A stretch of DNA of 62,441 nt, taken from Gemmatimonadales bacterium. Its GTDB lineage: Bacteria; Gemmatimonadota; Gemmatimonadetes; Gemmatimonadales; GWC2-71-9. Location of the stretch: the NCBI GenBank assembly GCA_036267775.1, contig DATAVM010000195.1:1-62441 (forward strand). Direction: 5' to 3'. Positions 1 to 9,361 of the stretch are shown here, one piece after another. The translations under genes were made by a program, and so were the position numbers. Numbering within the stretch: position 1 is the first letter of the stretch; each line of letters begins with the position of its first letter. The notes under the pieces were generated by a model that was not told the DNA's origin, did no database searches, and saw only the letters and a program-made list of their open reading frames with translations.

Positions 1-559
1 CCTTCCGGCCCGACAGCCGCTGACGATACACATAGATGTGCGCCGCGACCCAGCCGCCGGTCCCGGCGTGTTCGGTGATGTTCTGGCACGCCTCCGACAG
101 TGATTGACCAAAGCCTCCCACCACGCTCGACTCGAGGCCGAGCTCATTCGGGAGAATCTGCGCGGCATGCTCGCGAATCCGGTCGACGACTACGTGCACG
201 TCGGCGGCGTTGCGAATGGCCTGCACCGGCACGAGCTGATCGCTCGAATCGTCCGTCTTGCGGCGCGGCACCTTGCCATGCAGTTCGAACAGCGTCTCCG
301 CGTGCCGCATGAAACCGATCTTGGCCCAGTACGATGCCACGCCGTCGCCCGCCGGGAGCGTGAGCTTGGGCTTCGGGAGATTCAACTCCGCGATCGCCTG
401 GCCGACGGTGAGCAATCCGACGAATCCCGCGGGAGAGGCCCATTCCGTGGCGTGCGCGTCGATCAGCAGATGCTCGTCGGGCGGCCACGGGTTGAGTGCG
501 GCGGCGACCTGATCGATCGAGAGATGGTCGAGATGGGTGGGGACCGCGACGACGCGCAT
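1..559 (-). CDS. hypothetical protein, N-terminal ~186 codons only (3' end beyond window start); visible distal part resembles a GHKL/anti-sigma-type ATPase
   Basis: Own translation of the minus strand from ATG 559-557: MRVVAVPTHLDHLSIDQVAAALNPW...SLSEACQNITEHAGTGGWVAAHIYVY, open to nt 1. ATGA overlap with the PfkB stop. Not in the ORF track because there is no stop in the window. Confidence 0.5.
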   Translation of the reverse strand, partial: MRVVAVPTHLDHLSIDQVAAALNPWPPDEHLLIDAHATEWASPAGFVGLLTVGQAIAELNLPKPKLTLPAGDGVASYWAKIGFMRHAETLFELHGKVPRRKTDDSSDQLVPVQAIRNAADVHVVVDRIREHAAQILPNELGLESSVVGGFGQSLSEACQNITEHAGTGGWVAAHIYVYRQRLSGRK

Positions 560-1509
560 CAGGCGATCACCAGGTTGCCGCGCAGATGGTGCGGCAATCC
601 GGTGGCGCCGCGAAAGACCGCGTTGCGCGCCGCCGCCGCATTCGCACGCGCCAGCGCTTCCGGTACGCTGTCACCGGCCAGCAGGCGCGCACAACAGGTC
701 GCACCAAACACATCGCCGCAGCCGGTTGGATCGGTGGCATCGACCGCGGGCGGGGCGAGCAATTCGGTGCGCACAGTGCCCTGCGTCTCGCGGCCCGTGC
801 GATCGGCCAGATGCACAAAACCGGGGCGCGCCACGTACGCCACGCCGCGCGGGCCCAGCGTCACGTTGAGGAGCGACACGCCCGCGCCGAGCGCGGCCGC
901 CGACACGACCAGCGGATCGTCGCCCAGTTCGCGCATCTCTTCTTCATTGAGTTGCACGACATCGAAGAAGGAGAACCATGTTGGTGCATTCGGCAGCGGC
1001 CGCAGTTCGCGCATGCCGTCGGCTCCCATGCCGAGAAAGAGCGAATGCAGATCGGCGTAGATTGCGCCGGCAAAGCCGTGTCGCAGCGCCTCGGCCGTGC
1101 CCAGGCACATCTCGAAACCCGAAATGAAGTTGACGTAGAGCGCATCGAGATCGGCGACCATCGGTCCAAGCTCCGGCCACGTCCACCCTGGCACGCCGCC
1201 CGACATCCGCTCGCAGCGCCGCGCGGCTGACTGATAGCGCAGCGTCACCCGGTTGTTGGCCACCGGTACCTCGATACACCGCGCACCCGGCGCAAGCCGT
1301 TCGAGGCTCCGCAGGAACTCTGCCGCGCGCGGCGCGAGATCGCGGCCGACCTTGATCAGCGGCACGATCTCCCAGTCCGGCGGCAACGCGGCGTCCATGG
1401 CCGCGAGCGCGTAGGCGATGCCGCCCCACTCTTCCACCGGTGCGGCAAGCGGATCGCGGCCGTGGATCTCGTCCCATACGAGTGAGCCGATCACGCCAAC
1501 ACGCGGCAT
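559..1509 (-). CDS. PfkB-family carbohydrate kinase
   Basis: ORF 559..1602 trimmed to ATG at 1509 (MPRVGVIGSLVWDEI). DPTGCGDVFGA and AARNAVFRGATG motifs of the ribokinase fold. ATGA overlap with the ROK gene stop. Confidence 0.85.
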   Translation of the reverse strand: MPRVGVIGSLVWDEIHGRDPLAAPVEEWGGIAYALAAMDAALPPDWEIVPLIKVGRDLAPRAAEFLRSLERLAPGARCIEVPVANNRVTLRYQSAARRCERMSGGVPGWTWPELGPMVADLDALYVNFISGFEMCLGTAEALRHGFAGAIYADLHSLFLGMGADGMRELRPLPNAPTWFSFFDVVQLNEEEMRELGDDPLVVSAAALGAGVSLLNVTLGPRGVAYVARPGFVHLADRTGRETQGTVRTELLAPPAVDATDPTGCGDVFGATCCARLLAGDSVPEALARANAAAARNAVFRGATGLPHHLRGNLVIA

Positions 1510-2489
1510 CAGATCACACCCGACTGTTGTTGTTCGAGAAACGCTCGAGCGGCACCGTACACGCCGGCGAGCCCGCGGAGCGCTCCCGGCACGATCCGGC
1601 ACGAGTCGACCGCCGGCTTGAAGGCGCGCGCGGCGACTTCCCGCTGCAGCGGATCAAAGAGCAGCGCTCCGGCGTCGGTGACTCCACCCAGAATGACGAC
1701 CATATCGGGATTGAAGATATTCAGCAGATTGGCGATTCCGATGCCGAGGTAGCGCGCGGTGTCCGCTGCTACCTGCAGGCCAACGGCATCGCCATTGGCC
1801 GCGGCCTGATAGACCATCTGTGCCGTGAGTTGCGTGTGATCGCCGTGCACCGATTGACTCAGCGAGCTCGGCACGCCTTGCGACAACAGTTCCGCGGCCC
1901 GGCGGGCAATGTTCTTTCCCGAGGCAAACGCTTCGAGGCAGCCGCGATTGCCGCAGCCGCACACCGGCCCATCGAGATCGATCACCATGTGGCCAAACTC
2001 CGCGGCGGCGTCGGCGGCGCCGTGATAGAGCTGGCCGCCGATCACAATGCCGCCACCGATGCCCGTGCCGATGGTGAGTCCGATCACATGCGCTGCGCCG
2101 CGCGCCGCACCCGCCCACGATTCGCCGAGGACGGCGGCGTTGGCGTCGTTCTCGATGGCGGTCGGAAGGCCAAGCCCGTCCGCGAGCAACGCGCGAAGCG
2201 GCAGATTGACCCAGCCGAGATTGGGCGTGAAAAGCACCACACCGCGGCGCGTGTCGAGTGGTCCCGGTGCTCCGGCACCGACGCCGAGCACATGTGCGGC
2301 CGGGTCGGCTTCGCGGAGGGCGGCGAGTGAGGCCTGCGCCATCTCGACCACATCGTGGACGACCGCGTTGGCGCCGCGGCCCGCGTCGGTGGGGCGCGAA
2401 TGATCGCCCACCACGCGCGAACCATCTTCGGCCACCGCACCCGCAACGAGGTTGGTGCCGCCGATGTCGATGCCAAGGACCCAGCGCAT
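1509..2489 (-). CDS. ROK-family sugar kinase (glucokinase-like)
   Basis: MRWVLGIDIGGTNLVAG N-terminus and GHMVIDLDGPVCGCGNRGCLEA ROK/zinc signature. Confidence 0.9.
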   Translation of the reverse strand: MRWVLGIDIGGTNLVAGAVAEDGSRVVGDHSRPTDAGRGANAVVHDVVEMAQASLAALREADPAAHVLGVGAGAPGPLDTRRGVVLFTPNLGWVNLPLRALLADGLGLPTAIENDANAAVLGESWAGAARGAAHVIGLTIGTGIGGGIVIGGQLYHGAADAAAEFGHMVIDLDGPVCGCGNRGCLEAFASGKNIARRAAELLSQGVPSSLSQSVHGDHTQLTAQMVYQAAANGDAVGLQVAADTARYLGIGIANLLNIFNPDMVVILGGVTDAGALLFDPLQREVAARAFKPAVDSCRIVPGALRGLAGVYGAARAFLEQQQSGVI

Positions 2490-3653
2490 TCAGGGGGCTC
2501 CGGTCGGAAGCGGACGTCGGGCAACCACCGCATCGTAGACGGCCAGGACGCGCGGCGCCAGCAGGTCGCCTGCAAAGCGCGCGGCGTGGGCCTGGCCCGC
2601 GGCCCGCATCCGCGTGGCGAGGGCGCTGTCGTCGAGCACCCGGCGGATCGCGTCCGCCAGGGCGGCGGCATCGGTGGCCGGCACGTAGAGCGATGCAGGG
2701 CCGCCCGCTTCGGGAAAGCAGCCGCCGGCGGTCGTGACCACCGGAGCGCCCGCGGCCAGCGCTTCCACGATCGGCATGCCAAATCCCTCAGCCAGCGACG
2801 GATAGACAAAGACCGCGGCACTCTGCATCACGGCCGGCAAGTCCTCGGCCGGCAGATCAGGGCGGATCAGCACGCGGTCCGCGACGCCCTGTTGCCGCGC
2901 AAGTACGGCGAGTTCGTGCGCCATGCCGCCGTCATGTCCCGCGATGACGAGTGGCGGCGTATGCCTGGCGTCGAGGGCCGCGAGCGCCAGAATCGCGACC
3001 CGCTGGTTCTTGCGCGTCTCGAGCGTGCCAAGCGTCAGGAGAAACGTGGCCGGCAGATGGTGCCCCTCGAGCACAGCCGTGCGTCCCGTAGCTGTCACGG
3101 GAATGGCAAAGCGCTCGTCCACGACCGGCGGAATGACGACTACACGCTCGGGCGGCACCTGATAGATCTCGACGACATCGGCGCGCGTCGCGGCACTCAC
3201 CGCAATGATTGCCGCCGCGCCCTTGGCGCTCGCACGGTAGCGCCACGCGTAGCTCGCGCGATCGAACGCGGCAAACCACTCGGGATGCCGGTGAAAGAGC
3301 AGGTCGTGAAAGGTCACGACGCCCGGAATGCCAGTCGCCGCAAGGTCGCGCGGCAATTCGTGGGTGAGGCCGTGAAAGAGCGTGACGCCGTTGCGCGCCG
3401 CGGCGCGCCCCATGCGCGCAATGCGCCAGATCTTGCGCGCCCCCGGCCCGCGCCAGAGCAGCGGCGGCTCGCGCAGTGGTGCCGCGAGCTCGGCGGCAAG
3501 CCCGGCGAATTGTGCGAGCGGTGGCTTGGGGCTGTAGAGCTCGAGCTGGCGTGCGGGGTCGGTGCGATGGATGGCGCGGAGGATGCCGCGGGCGTAGTTG
3601 CCGAGTCCCGTGGTGTTGCCCAACGCGCGAATGGCGTCGTAGCCGACGATCAA
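2490..3653 (-). CDS. glycosyltransferase family 4 (GT-B fold)
   Basis: [26 protein letters not shown] motif. TTG start overlapping the lepA stop (TTGA). Abuts the ROK gene with no gap. Confidence 0.85.
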   Translation of the reverse strand: MIVGYDAIRALGNTTGLGNYARGILRAIHRTDPARQLELYSPKPPLAQFAGLAAELAAPLREPPLLWRGPGARKIWRIARMGRAAARNGVTLFHGLTHELPRDLAATGIPGVVTFHDLLFHRHPEWFAAFDRASYAWRYRASAKGAAAIIAVSAATRADVVEIYQVPPERVVVIPPVVDERFAIPVTATGRTAVLEGHHLPATFLLTLGTLETRKNQRVAILALAALDARHTPPLVIAGHDGGMAHELAVLARQQGVADRVLIRPDLPAEDLPAVMQSAAVFVYPSLAEGFGMPIVEALAAGAPVVTTAGGCFPEAGGPASLYVPATDAAALADAIRRVLDDSALATRMRAAGQAHAARFAGDLLAPRVLAVYDAVVARRPLPTGAP

Positions 3654-5449
3654 TCGACCTGCAGCACGGCGAGAAACGCCTCCTGCGGGATTTCGACGGC
3701 GCCGATCTGCTTCATCCGCTTCTTGCCTTCCTTCTGCTTTTCCAGAAGCTTGCGCTTGCGGGTGATGTCACCGCCATAGCACTTGGCGAGCACGTCTTTC
3801 CGGAGCGCGGAGATCGTTTCGCGTGCGATCACCTTGTTGCCGATCGCGGCCTGGATGGCTACAGGAAAGAGCTGGCGCGGAATGAGCTCCTTGAGCTTCT
3901 CCGAGATCTTCCGGCCCCACTCGTACGCCTTGTCGCGATGGATGATCACGCTGAATGCATCCACCGGATCGCCATTGATGAGCATGTCGAGCCGCACGAG
4001 CTCGGCCTCGCGAAAGCCCGCCATTTCGTAGTCGAGCGATGCATAGCCGCGCGAGAGCGACTTGAGCTTGTCGTAGAAATCGAGCACGATCTCGCCGAGC
4101 GGGAAGTCGAAGGAAAACTCGACGCGCGCCTGATCGAGATAGGTCATCCCGTTGTACACGCCGCGCCGTTCCTGGCCGAGATTCATGATGCCGCCGATGT
4201 ACTCGGTGGGCGCCATGATCCGCGCCTTCACAAACGGCTCCTCGATCCGCGTGATGCTCGCGGGGTCGGGGAGCGTGCTGGGATTCTCCACCAGCAGGAG
4301 CTCGCCATCGGTGCGATAGACGTGATACTCCACCGTGGGGACGGTGGTGATCAGATCGAGATTGAACTCGCGCTGCAGCCGTTCCTGCACGATCTCCATG
4401 TGCAGCAGCCCCAGGAAGCCGCACCGGAAACCAAAGCCCAGCGCGGTCGACGATTCCGGCTCGTACTGGAGCGACGCATCGTTGAGGCGGAGCTTCTCGA
4501 GTGCGTCGCGCAGATCTTCATATTGCGCCGCGTCCGTGGGATAGACGCCGGCAAAGACCATCGACTTGACCTCGCGGTAGCCCGGCAGGAGATCGCCGGC
4601 GCGATTGTTGGCGTCGAGTACGGTGTCGCCCACGCGCGCATCGCGCACGTCGCGGAGATTCGCGATGCAATAGCCCACTTCACCGGCCGTGAGCGCATCG
4701 GTGCGGCGCTGGCCCAGGGCGAGCACGCCCACTTCGTCGACGCCATAGAGCTCGTCGGGATGCGCGCCGAATGCGATCTGCATGCCGGGCTTGAGCTCGC
4801 CGTCGACCACGCGCACGCTGGGAATCACGCCGCGGTAGCGATCAAAGTACGAATCAAAGATCAGCGCGCGGAGCGGCGCCTCGGGTGAGCCTGTTGGTGC
4901 GGGAATCCGCGCGACAATCGCTTCGAGCAGGGCCGGCACACCGGTGCCGTCCTTGGCCGACACCGCGAGGATCTCATCGCGCTTGGCACCGATCAGATCG
5001 ACCAGTTCCTGGGCGCGCCGTTCGGGTTCGGCGCCGGGAAGGTCGATCTTGTTGAGGACCGGAATGATTTCGAGGCCCGCGTCGAGCGCGAGGAAGAGAT
5101 TCGACAACGTCTGCGCCTGGATGCCCTGCGACGCGTCGACCACCAGAATGGCGCCTTCGCACGCCGCCAACGATCGCGAGACTTCGTAGGTGAAGTCCAC
5201 ATGGCCCGGCGTGTCGATCAGATTGAACTCGTACTCCACACCATCCGTGCCGGTGTAGTTCATCCGGACCGCATTGAGCTTGATGGTGATGCCGCGCTCC
5301 CGCTCCAGATCCATGGTGTCGAGGAGCTGCTCCTTCATGTCGCGCTTGGCCACCGTGCCGGTGATTTCGATCAACCGGTCGGCCAGCGTGGACTTGCCGT
5401 GGTCGATGTGCGCGACGATGCAGAAATTGCGGATCCGGGCTTGACGCAT
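3650..5449 (-). CDS. lepA: elongation factor 4 (LepA)
   Basis: [28 protein letters not shown]..., full-length 599 aa with the characteristic C-terminal [22 protein letters not shown]. Confidence 0.97.
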   Translation of the reverse strand: MRQARIRNFCIVAHIDHGKSTLADRLIEITGTVAKRDMKEQLLDTMDLERERGITIKLNAVRMNYTGTDGVEYEFNLIDTPGHVDFTYEVSRSLAACEGAILVVDASQGIQAQTLSNLFLALDAGLEIIPVLNKIDLPGAEPERRAQELVDLIGAKRDEILAVSAKDGTGVPALLEAIVARIPAPTGSPEAPLRALIFDSYFDRYRGVIPSVRVVDGELKPGMQIAFGAHPDELYGVDEVGVLALGQRRTDALTAGEVGYCIANLRDVRDARVGDTVLDANNRAGDLLPGYREVKSMVFAGVYPTDAAQYEDLRDALEKLRLNDASLQYEPESSTALGFGFRCGFLGLLHMEIVQERLQREFNLDLITTVPTVEYHVYRTDGELLLVENPSTLPDPASITRIEEPFVKARIMAPTEYIGGIMNLGQERRGVYNGMTYLDQARVEFSFDFPLGEIVLDFYDKLKSLSRGYASLDYEMAGFREAELVRLDMLINGDPVDAFSVIIHRDKAYEWGRKISEKLKELIPRQLFPVAIQAAIGNKVIARETISALRKDVLAKCYGGDITRKRKLLEKQKEGKKRMKQIGAVEIPQEAFLAVLQVD

Positions 5450-5489
5450 GGGGACAATATAGAGGTAGCGAGCCTATACTTCCGCTCTC

Positions 5490-6386
5490 ATGACCGCCCG
5501 TACGCGTGGCCTTTCCCCCGGCGCCGGGATGCTGCTCCTCACCGTCATCTGGGGCGGCAATTTCACGGCGGTGAAGCTGGCGTTCACCCAGCTCGATCCG
5601 CTGGCGTTCACCGCCATGCGCTTTGCCCTGGCGTCGGTCCTGCTCTGGGTGATCGTCGACCGCACCGAGGGGAAGGCGCCGTTGCCGCCCGGCACCTTCT
5701 GGCCACTCGTCTGTCTTGGCGTGATCGGCAACTCGCTCTATCAGCTCGGTTTTGTCCTCGGACTGGCGCGCACGTCGGCCACCAAGTCCTCGCTCATTCT
5801 GGCAGGCATGCCGGCCCTGGTCACGCTGGCGGCGTGGGCGCTCCGTATCGAGCGCGTATCGCTGCTGCAGCGGATCGGCGTGCTGGTCGCGACGGTGGGC
5901 GTGGTGGTGGTACTGCTCGCGCACGGCGATTCGGTGAGCGCCAGGATCGGGACTGGCGAATGGCTGCTGCTCGCCGCCAACGTGGCGTGGGCCGTCTACA
6001 CGCTGCTGCTCCGCCACTGGTCGATCCCCATGTCGCCGCTCAGGATCACGGCCTGGGTGACGTACACCGGCACGCCGCTCCTGGTGCTCATTGGCATTCC
6101 ATCGCTGATGCACACCGACTGGTCGCGCGTGTCGCTGGCAGGGTGGGGCGGAATGCTCTATGCCGCGGTGCTCTCGCTCGGCGTCGCCTACGTCCTGTGG
6201 AATCGCGGTGTCGCACTGCTCGGCGCGTCGCGCACGGTGGTCTACAACACGCTCGTGCCGCTGGCCGCCACCATTTTTGCAATGCTGGCCTTGCACGAGC
6301 GTCCGTCGCTGCTGCACCTGGCCGGCGGCGCGCTGATTATCGCCGGCGTGCTGGTGACCGCGCGGCCGATGGCGCCGGAGGGCTGA
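5490..6386 (+). CDS. EamA/DMT-family transporter
   Basis: 298 aa, about 10 hydrophobic helices. GGNFTAVK and duplicated EamA-like halves. Confidence 0.85.
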   Translation: MTARTRGLSPGAGMLLLTVIWGGNFTAVKLAFTQLDPLAFTAMRFALASVLLWVIVDRTEGKAPLPPGTFWPLVCLGVIGNSLYQLGFVLGLARTSATKSSLILAGMPALVTLAAWALRIERVSLLQRIGVLVATVGVVVVLLAHGDSVSARIGTGEWLLLAANVAWAVYTLLLRHWSIPMSPLRITAWVTYTGTPLLVLIGIPSLMHTDWSRVSLAGWGGMLYAAVLSLGVAYVLWNRGVALLGASRTVVYNTLVPLAATIFAMLALHERPSLLHLAGGALIIAGVLVTARPMAPEG

Positions 6387-6389
6387 CCG

Positions 6390-6743
6390 TCAGGCCTGCT
6401 GCAGTTCCTCGAGCCGGTCCATCGCGCGGCGCAGATGCGGAATGACAATGCTGCCGCCGACCACGAGCCCCACGCCAAAGATTTCCAGAAACTCTTCGCG
6501 GGTCACGCCCTCTTCGTGACAGCGCACCACGTGATAGGTGATGCAGTCGTCGCAGCGCAGCACCATGCTCGCCACCAGGCCGAGCATCTCCTTGACTTTG
6601 GTGCCGAGCGCACCGGCGTCGTAGGCGCGTGAGTCGAGCGCAAAGAAGCGGTTGATTGTCAGGTTTCCCGCGCCAAGAATCACATCGTTCATGCGGGTGC
6701 GGAAAGCCTGAAAGTCGGCGAGCGATCCCGTGCTGCTGCTCAT
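6390..6743 (-). CDS. carboxymuconolactone decarboxylase-family (AhpD-like) protein
   Basis: ORF 6390..6815 trimmed to ATG 6743 (MSSSTGSLADF), which forms an ATGA overlap with the M28 stop. CDDCITYH CxxC motif. Confidence 0.75.
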   Translation of the reverse strand: MSSSTGSLADFQAFRTRMNDVILGAGNLTINRFFALDSRAYDAGALGTKVKEMLGLVASMVLRCDDCITYHVVRCHEEGVTREEFLEIFGVGLVVGGSIVIPHLRRAMDRLEELQQA

Positions 6744-8350
6744 GGATGTTTTTTCACTGTGATGGGTGGCGGCAGCTGGTCGACCACGATGGTCTGATAG
6801 CTCTGCGGGTTCCACTTGGGGCGCTGTGTCGTGGTCGCGATGTCCATGCCGAGATAGAAGCCGAGGGTCGCAACGCGCGCGAGCTTGCTGGTATCGCTCA
6901 GGCGGACCTCGTCGTCGGCCTGGTGATACTGCGCGTGAATGCCGTTGAAGAAGAAGAGAACCGGCACACCTTTGCGGGCAAAGTTGAAGTGGTCGGAGCG
7001 GGCGTAGAAACCCTGTTCGGGCCAGATGTCGTCGGCGGCAACCAGATGCAACTCGGGATGCGCCGATTGCACCCGTGCGAGTGTCGCGCCCATGTCCGAA
7101 TGTTCCTTGCCGATCACCACAATGGAATCGGGATTGTTGCGGCTGATCATATCCATGTTGATGTCGGCGACGACCAGATCGAGCGGTACTGTGGGGTGGT
7201 TGACGAACCAGGCGGAGCCGAGCAGGCCTTTTTCCTCGCCCGAGACGTTGAGAAAGATCACCGAGCGACGCGTGTGGCCCTTGAGCGCAGCAACGGCTTC
7301 CGCAATGGAGAGAACACCGGTAGTGCCCGAGCCGTCGTCGTCCGCGCCATTGCAGATCGAGTCGGCGCCTTTGGGCGTGCAGCCGCCGACACCATCGCCC
7401 GCGGTGCCGATGTGGTCCATGTGCGCCGAGAAGATCACATACTCATTGCGATAGACCGGGTCATCGCTCTCCATCACGGCCACCACATTCGGTGCTGTCG
7501 CCGACGACACCACTTCGGCCGTCGCCACCAGACTGATCGTCAACCCGGCGACCGCGGGCTGGATCACCGGCGTGTCGGCGTTGCGGAGCGAATTGAAATC
7601 GTGATGCAGCGTGACGGCGTCGTGGCCAAAGAGCGAGTCGTGCGCCACGATCTGCAGGACACCGCTCAGCGGCACACCCTTGACTGCGGGCCGCGCGCCG
7701 CCGTCGTGCAGCGCGTTGGCCACGCGCGCCTTGAAGCTCTCGGCGTCGCCGTTGTCGAGCGTGATGATGGCCAGCGGCGCCTTGGCGACGAGCGCGCGCG
7801 TGACCAGCGGATTGGTCGCGGCTCGCGCGCCATTCGATACAAAGAGCACCACCGCACCGTGCAGGTCGAGCGGCGCGATATCGCCCGGCGTCACCGCGCC
7901 AGCCACGATCGTGACAGGACCGCCGATCGTCTTGCCCGTCATCGGTCCGGACACGATGGCCCAGGTGCCAAAGGTGTAGTGCGCGCGACTGCCGTGTTCG
8001 ACCACGTCCATGCCCGATGTATTGAGCGCGGGACGCAGCCGCTGCACGGTGTAGCGCTGAAACCAGGTGCCGCTGTCGCCGAGTGGCTTGAGTCCCCAGC
8101 GACGGTAGTTGGCGGCCAGGTACTGCGCCGTGAGTTCCAGCCCGCGGCTCGGCGTGTTGCGACCGCCCATCGAGTCGTCGGCGATGACGGAGAGGCGCTG
8201 CAATGCCTTGTCGGGCGTGATGAGTGCGGCGGCCGCATGCAGGTCGGGTTCAGAGGCGATTGTTCCGCCCCGGCGGCCTTGTGCGGCACCCGACGATGTC
8301 AGGAGGGCCAGTAGAGCGGCGACCGGCAGCGCCGTGTGTCGGACCATCAT
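6740..8350 (-). CDS. secreted M28-family metallopeptidase with PA domain
   Basis: ORF 6740..9448 trimmed to MMVRHTALPVAALLALLTSSGAAQ (signal peptide). FSAHMDHIG, NGADDDGSGT and SGEEKGLLGS zinc-ligand motifs. The upstream part of the ORF is antisense to the DUF58/BatA genes. Confidence 0.82.
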   Translation of the reverse strand: MMVRHTALPVAALLALLTSSGAAQGRRGGTIASEPDLHAAAALITPDKALQRLSVIADDSMGGRNTPSRGLELTAQYLAANYRRWGLKPLGDSGTWFQRYTVQRLRPALNTSGMDVVEHGSRAHYTFGTWAIVSGPMTGKTIGGPVTIVAGAVTPGDIAPLDLHGAVVLFVSNGARAATNPLVTRALVAKAPLAIITLDNGDAESFKARVANALHDGGARPAVKGVPLSGVLQIVAHDSLFGHDAVTLHHDFNSLRNADTPVIQPAVAGLTISLVATAEVVSSATAPNVVAVMESDDPVYRNEYVIFSAHMDHIGTAGDGVGGCTPKGADSICNGADDDGSGTTGVLSIAEAVAALKGHTRRSVIFLNVSGEEKGLLGSAWFVNHPTVPLDLVVADINMDMISRNNPDSIVVIGKEHSDMGATLARVQSAHPELHLVAADDIWPEQGFYARSDHFNFARKGVPVLFFFNGIHAQYHQADDEVRLSDTSKLARVATLGFYLGMDIATTTQRPKWNPQSYQTIVVDQLPPPITVKKHP

Positions 8351-8452
8351 GCAACTGCTCCCAGGAAACAACGCGTTCTGCTGCACGGAACTGTTGTGGA
8401 TAATACCCGGCCCGGAGCGGGCGAGGCGCTCTGCGCTTAGCTTTCGCCCCGG

Positions 8453-9361
8453 ATGACGCGTCCGGTGGGTGCCGATCGTGCCGTCCGCCCCGATCTCCTC
8501 CAACCCGCCGATGTCGCACGACTTGGCGGGCTCGAGGTCGTGACGGAAGGCATCGTCGAGGGCTATCTGGCTGGGCTCCACCGATCTCCGCGCCGCGGAT
8601 TCTCGGTGGAGTTTGCGGAGCATCGCCAATATCAGCCGGGCGACGAACCGCGCTACGTCGACTGGAAGCTCCTCGCTCGCACCGACCGCCTCTACGTCAA
8701 GCAGTTCGAAGAAGAAACCAATCTCCGCGGGATGCTCGTGGTCGACGCGAGCGCGTCGATGGGCTGGACCGGCGATCCCGCGCGGTTGACCAAGCTCGAC
8801 TACGCGACGCGGCTCGCTGCCGCCGTTGCCCTGGTGCTCCTGCGCCAGCGCGACGCCGCGGGACTGATCACCTTCGATGAATCGGTGCGATCGCTGGTGC
8901 CGGCGCGTAGCGCGGGTGGCCATTGGGACACGCTGGCGCGGCAGCTCGCGGCGACCACGCCGGGACACGGCACTGCGGCCGAGCCCGCGCTCAGGCAAGT
9001 CGTTGCAGCACTCAAGAGCCGCGGCCTGGTGGTCCTGATCTCCGATCTGCTGCTCGATCGCACCCTCACGCTCAAGGCGCTGCGCTTTCTTCGGCATCGC
9101 GGACACGACGTGCTGGTGCTCCATGTGGCCGATCCCGCCGAGCTGGAACTCCGCCGCGGCGAGGAAACACGCTATCGCGATCCCGAGAGCAGCACCGTGG
9201 TGACGCTCACACCAAATGACTGGGCGGTGGAGTACGGCCGCACCGTGAGCGCCGCGATTCGGGCATGGCGCGTCGCGTGTCGCGCCGCGGGCATGCGTTA
9301 CGCGCTCGTGCCGACCGATCTTCCGTTTGGCACTGCACTCGCCCGGGCGCTGCGGCCGTGA
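8453..9361 (+). CDS. DUF58 domain protein (MoxR/Bat-operon type)
   Basis: HRSPRRGFSVEFAEHRQYQPGDEPRYVDWK followed by a VWA-like VVDASASMGW. Confidence 0.8.
   Translation: MTRPVGADRAVRPDLLQPADVARLGGLEVVTEGIVEGYLAGLHRSPRRGFSVEFAEHRQYQPGDEPRYVDWKLLARTDRLYVKQFEEETNLRGMLVVDASASMGWTGDPARLTKLDYATRLAAAVALVLLRQRDAAGLITFDESVRSLVPARSAGGHWDTLARQLAATTPGHGTAAEPALRQVVAALKSRGLVVLISDLLLDRTLTLKALRFLRHRGHDVLVLHVADPAELELRRGEETRYRDPESSTVVTLTPNDWAVEYGRTVSAAIRAWRVACRAAGMRYALVPTDLPFGTALARALRP

Noticed and set aside
2355-8314. Long plus-strand ORFs 2355..3779, 3476..4888 and 6656..8314, and the minus-strand ORF 4974..6317
   Set aside because: All are antisense or out of frame relative to strongly supported genes (GT4, lepA, EamA, M28), with Arg/His-rich nonsense-like translations.
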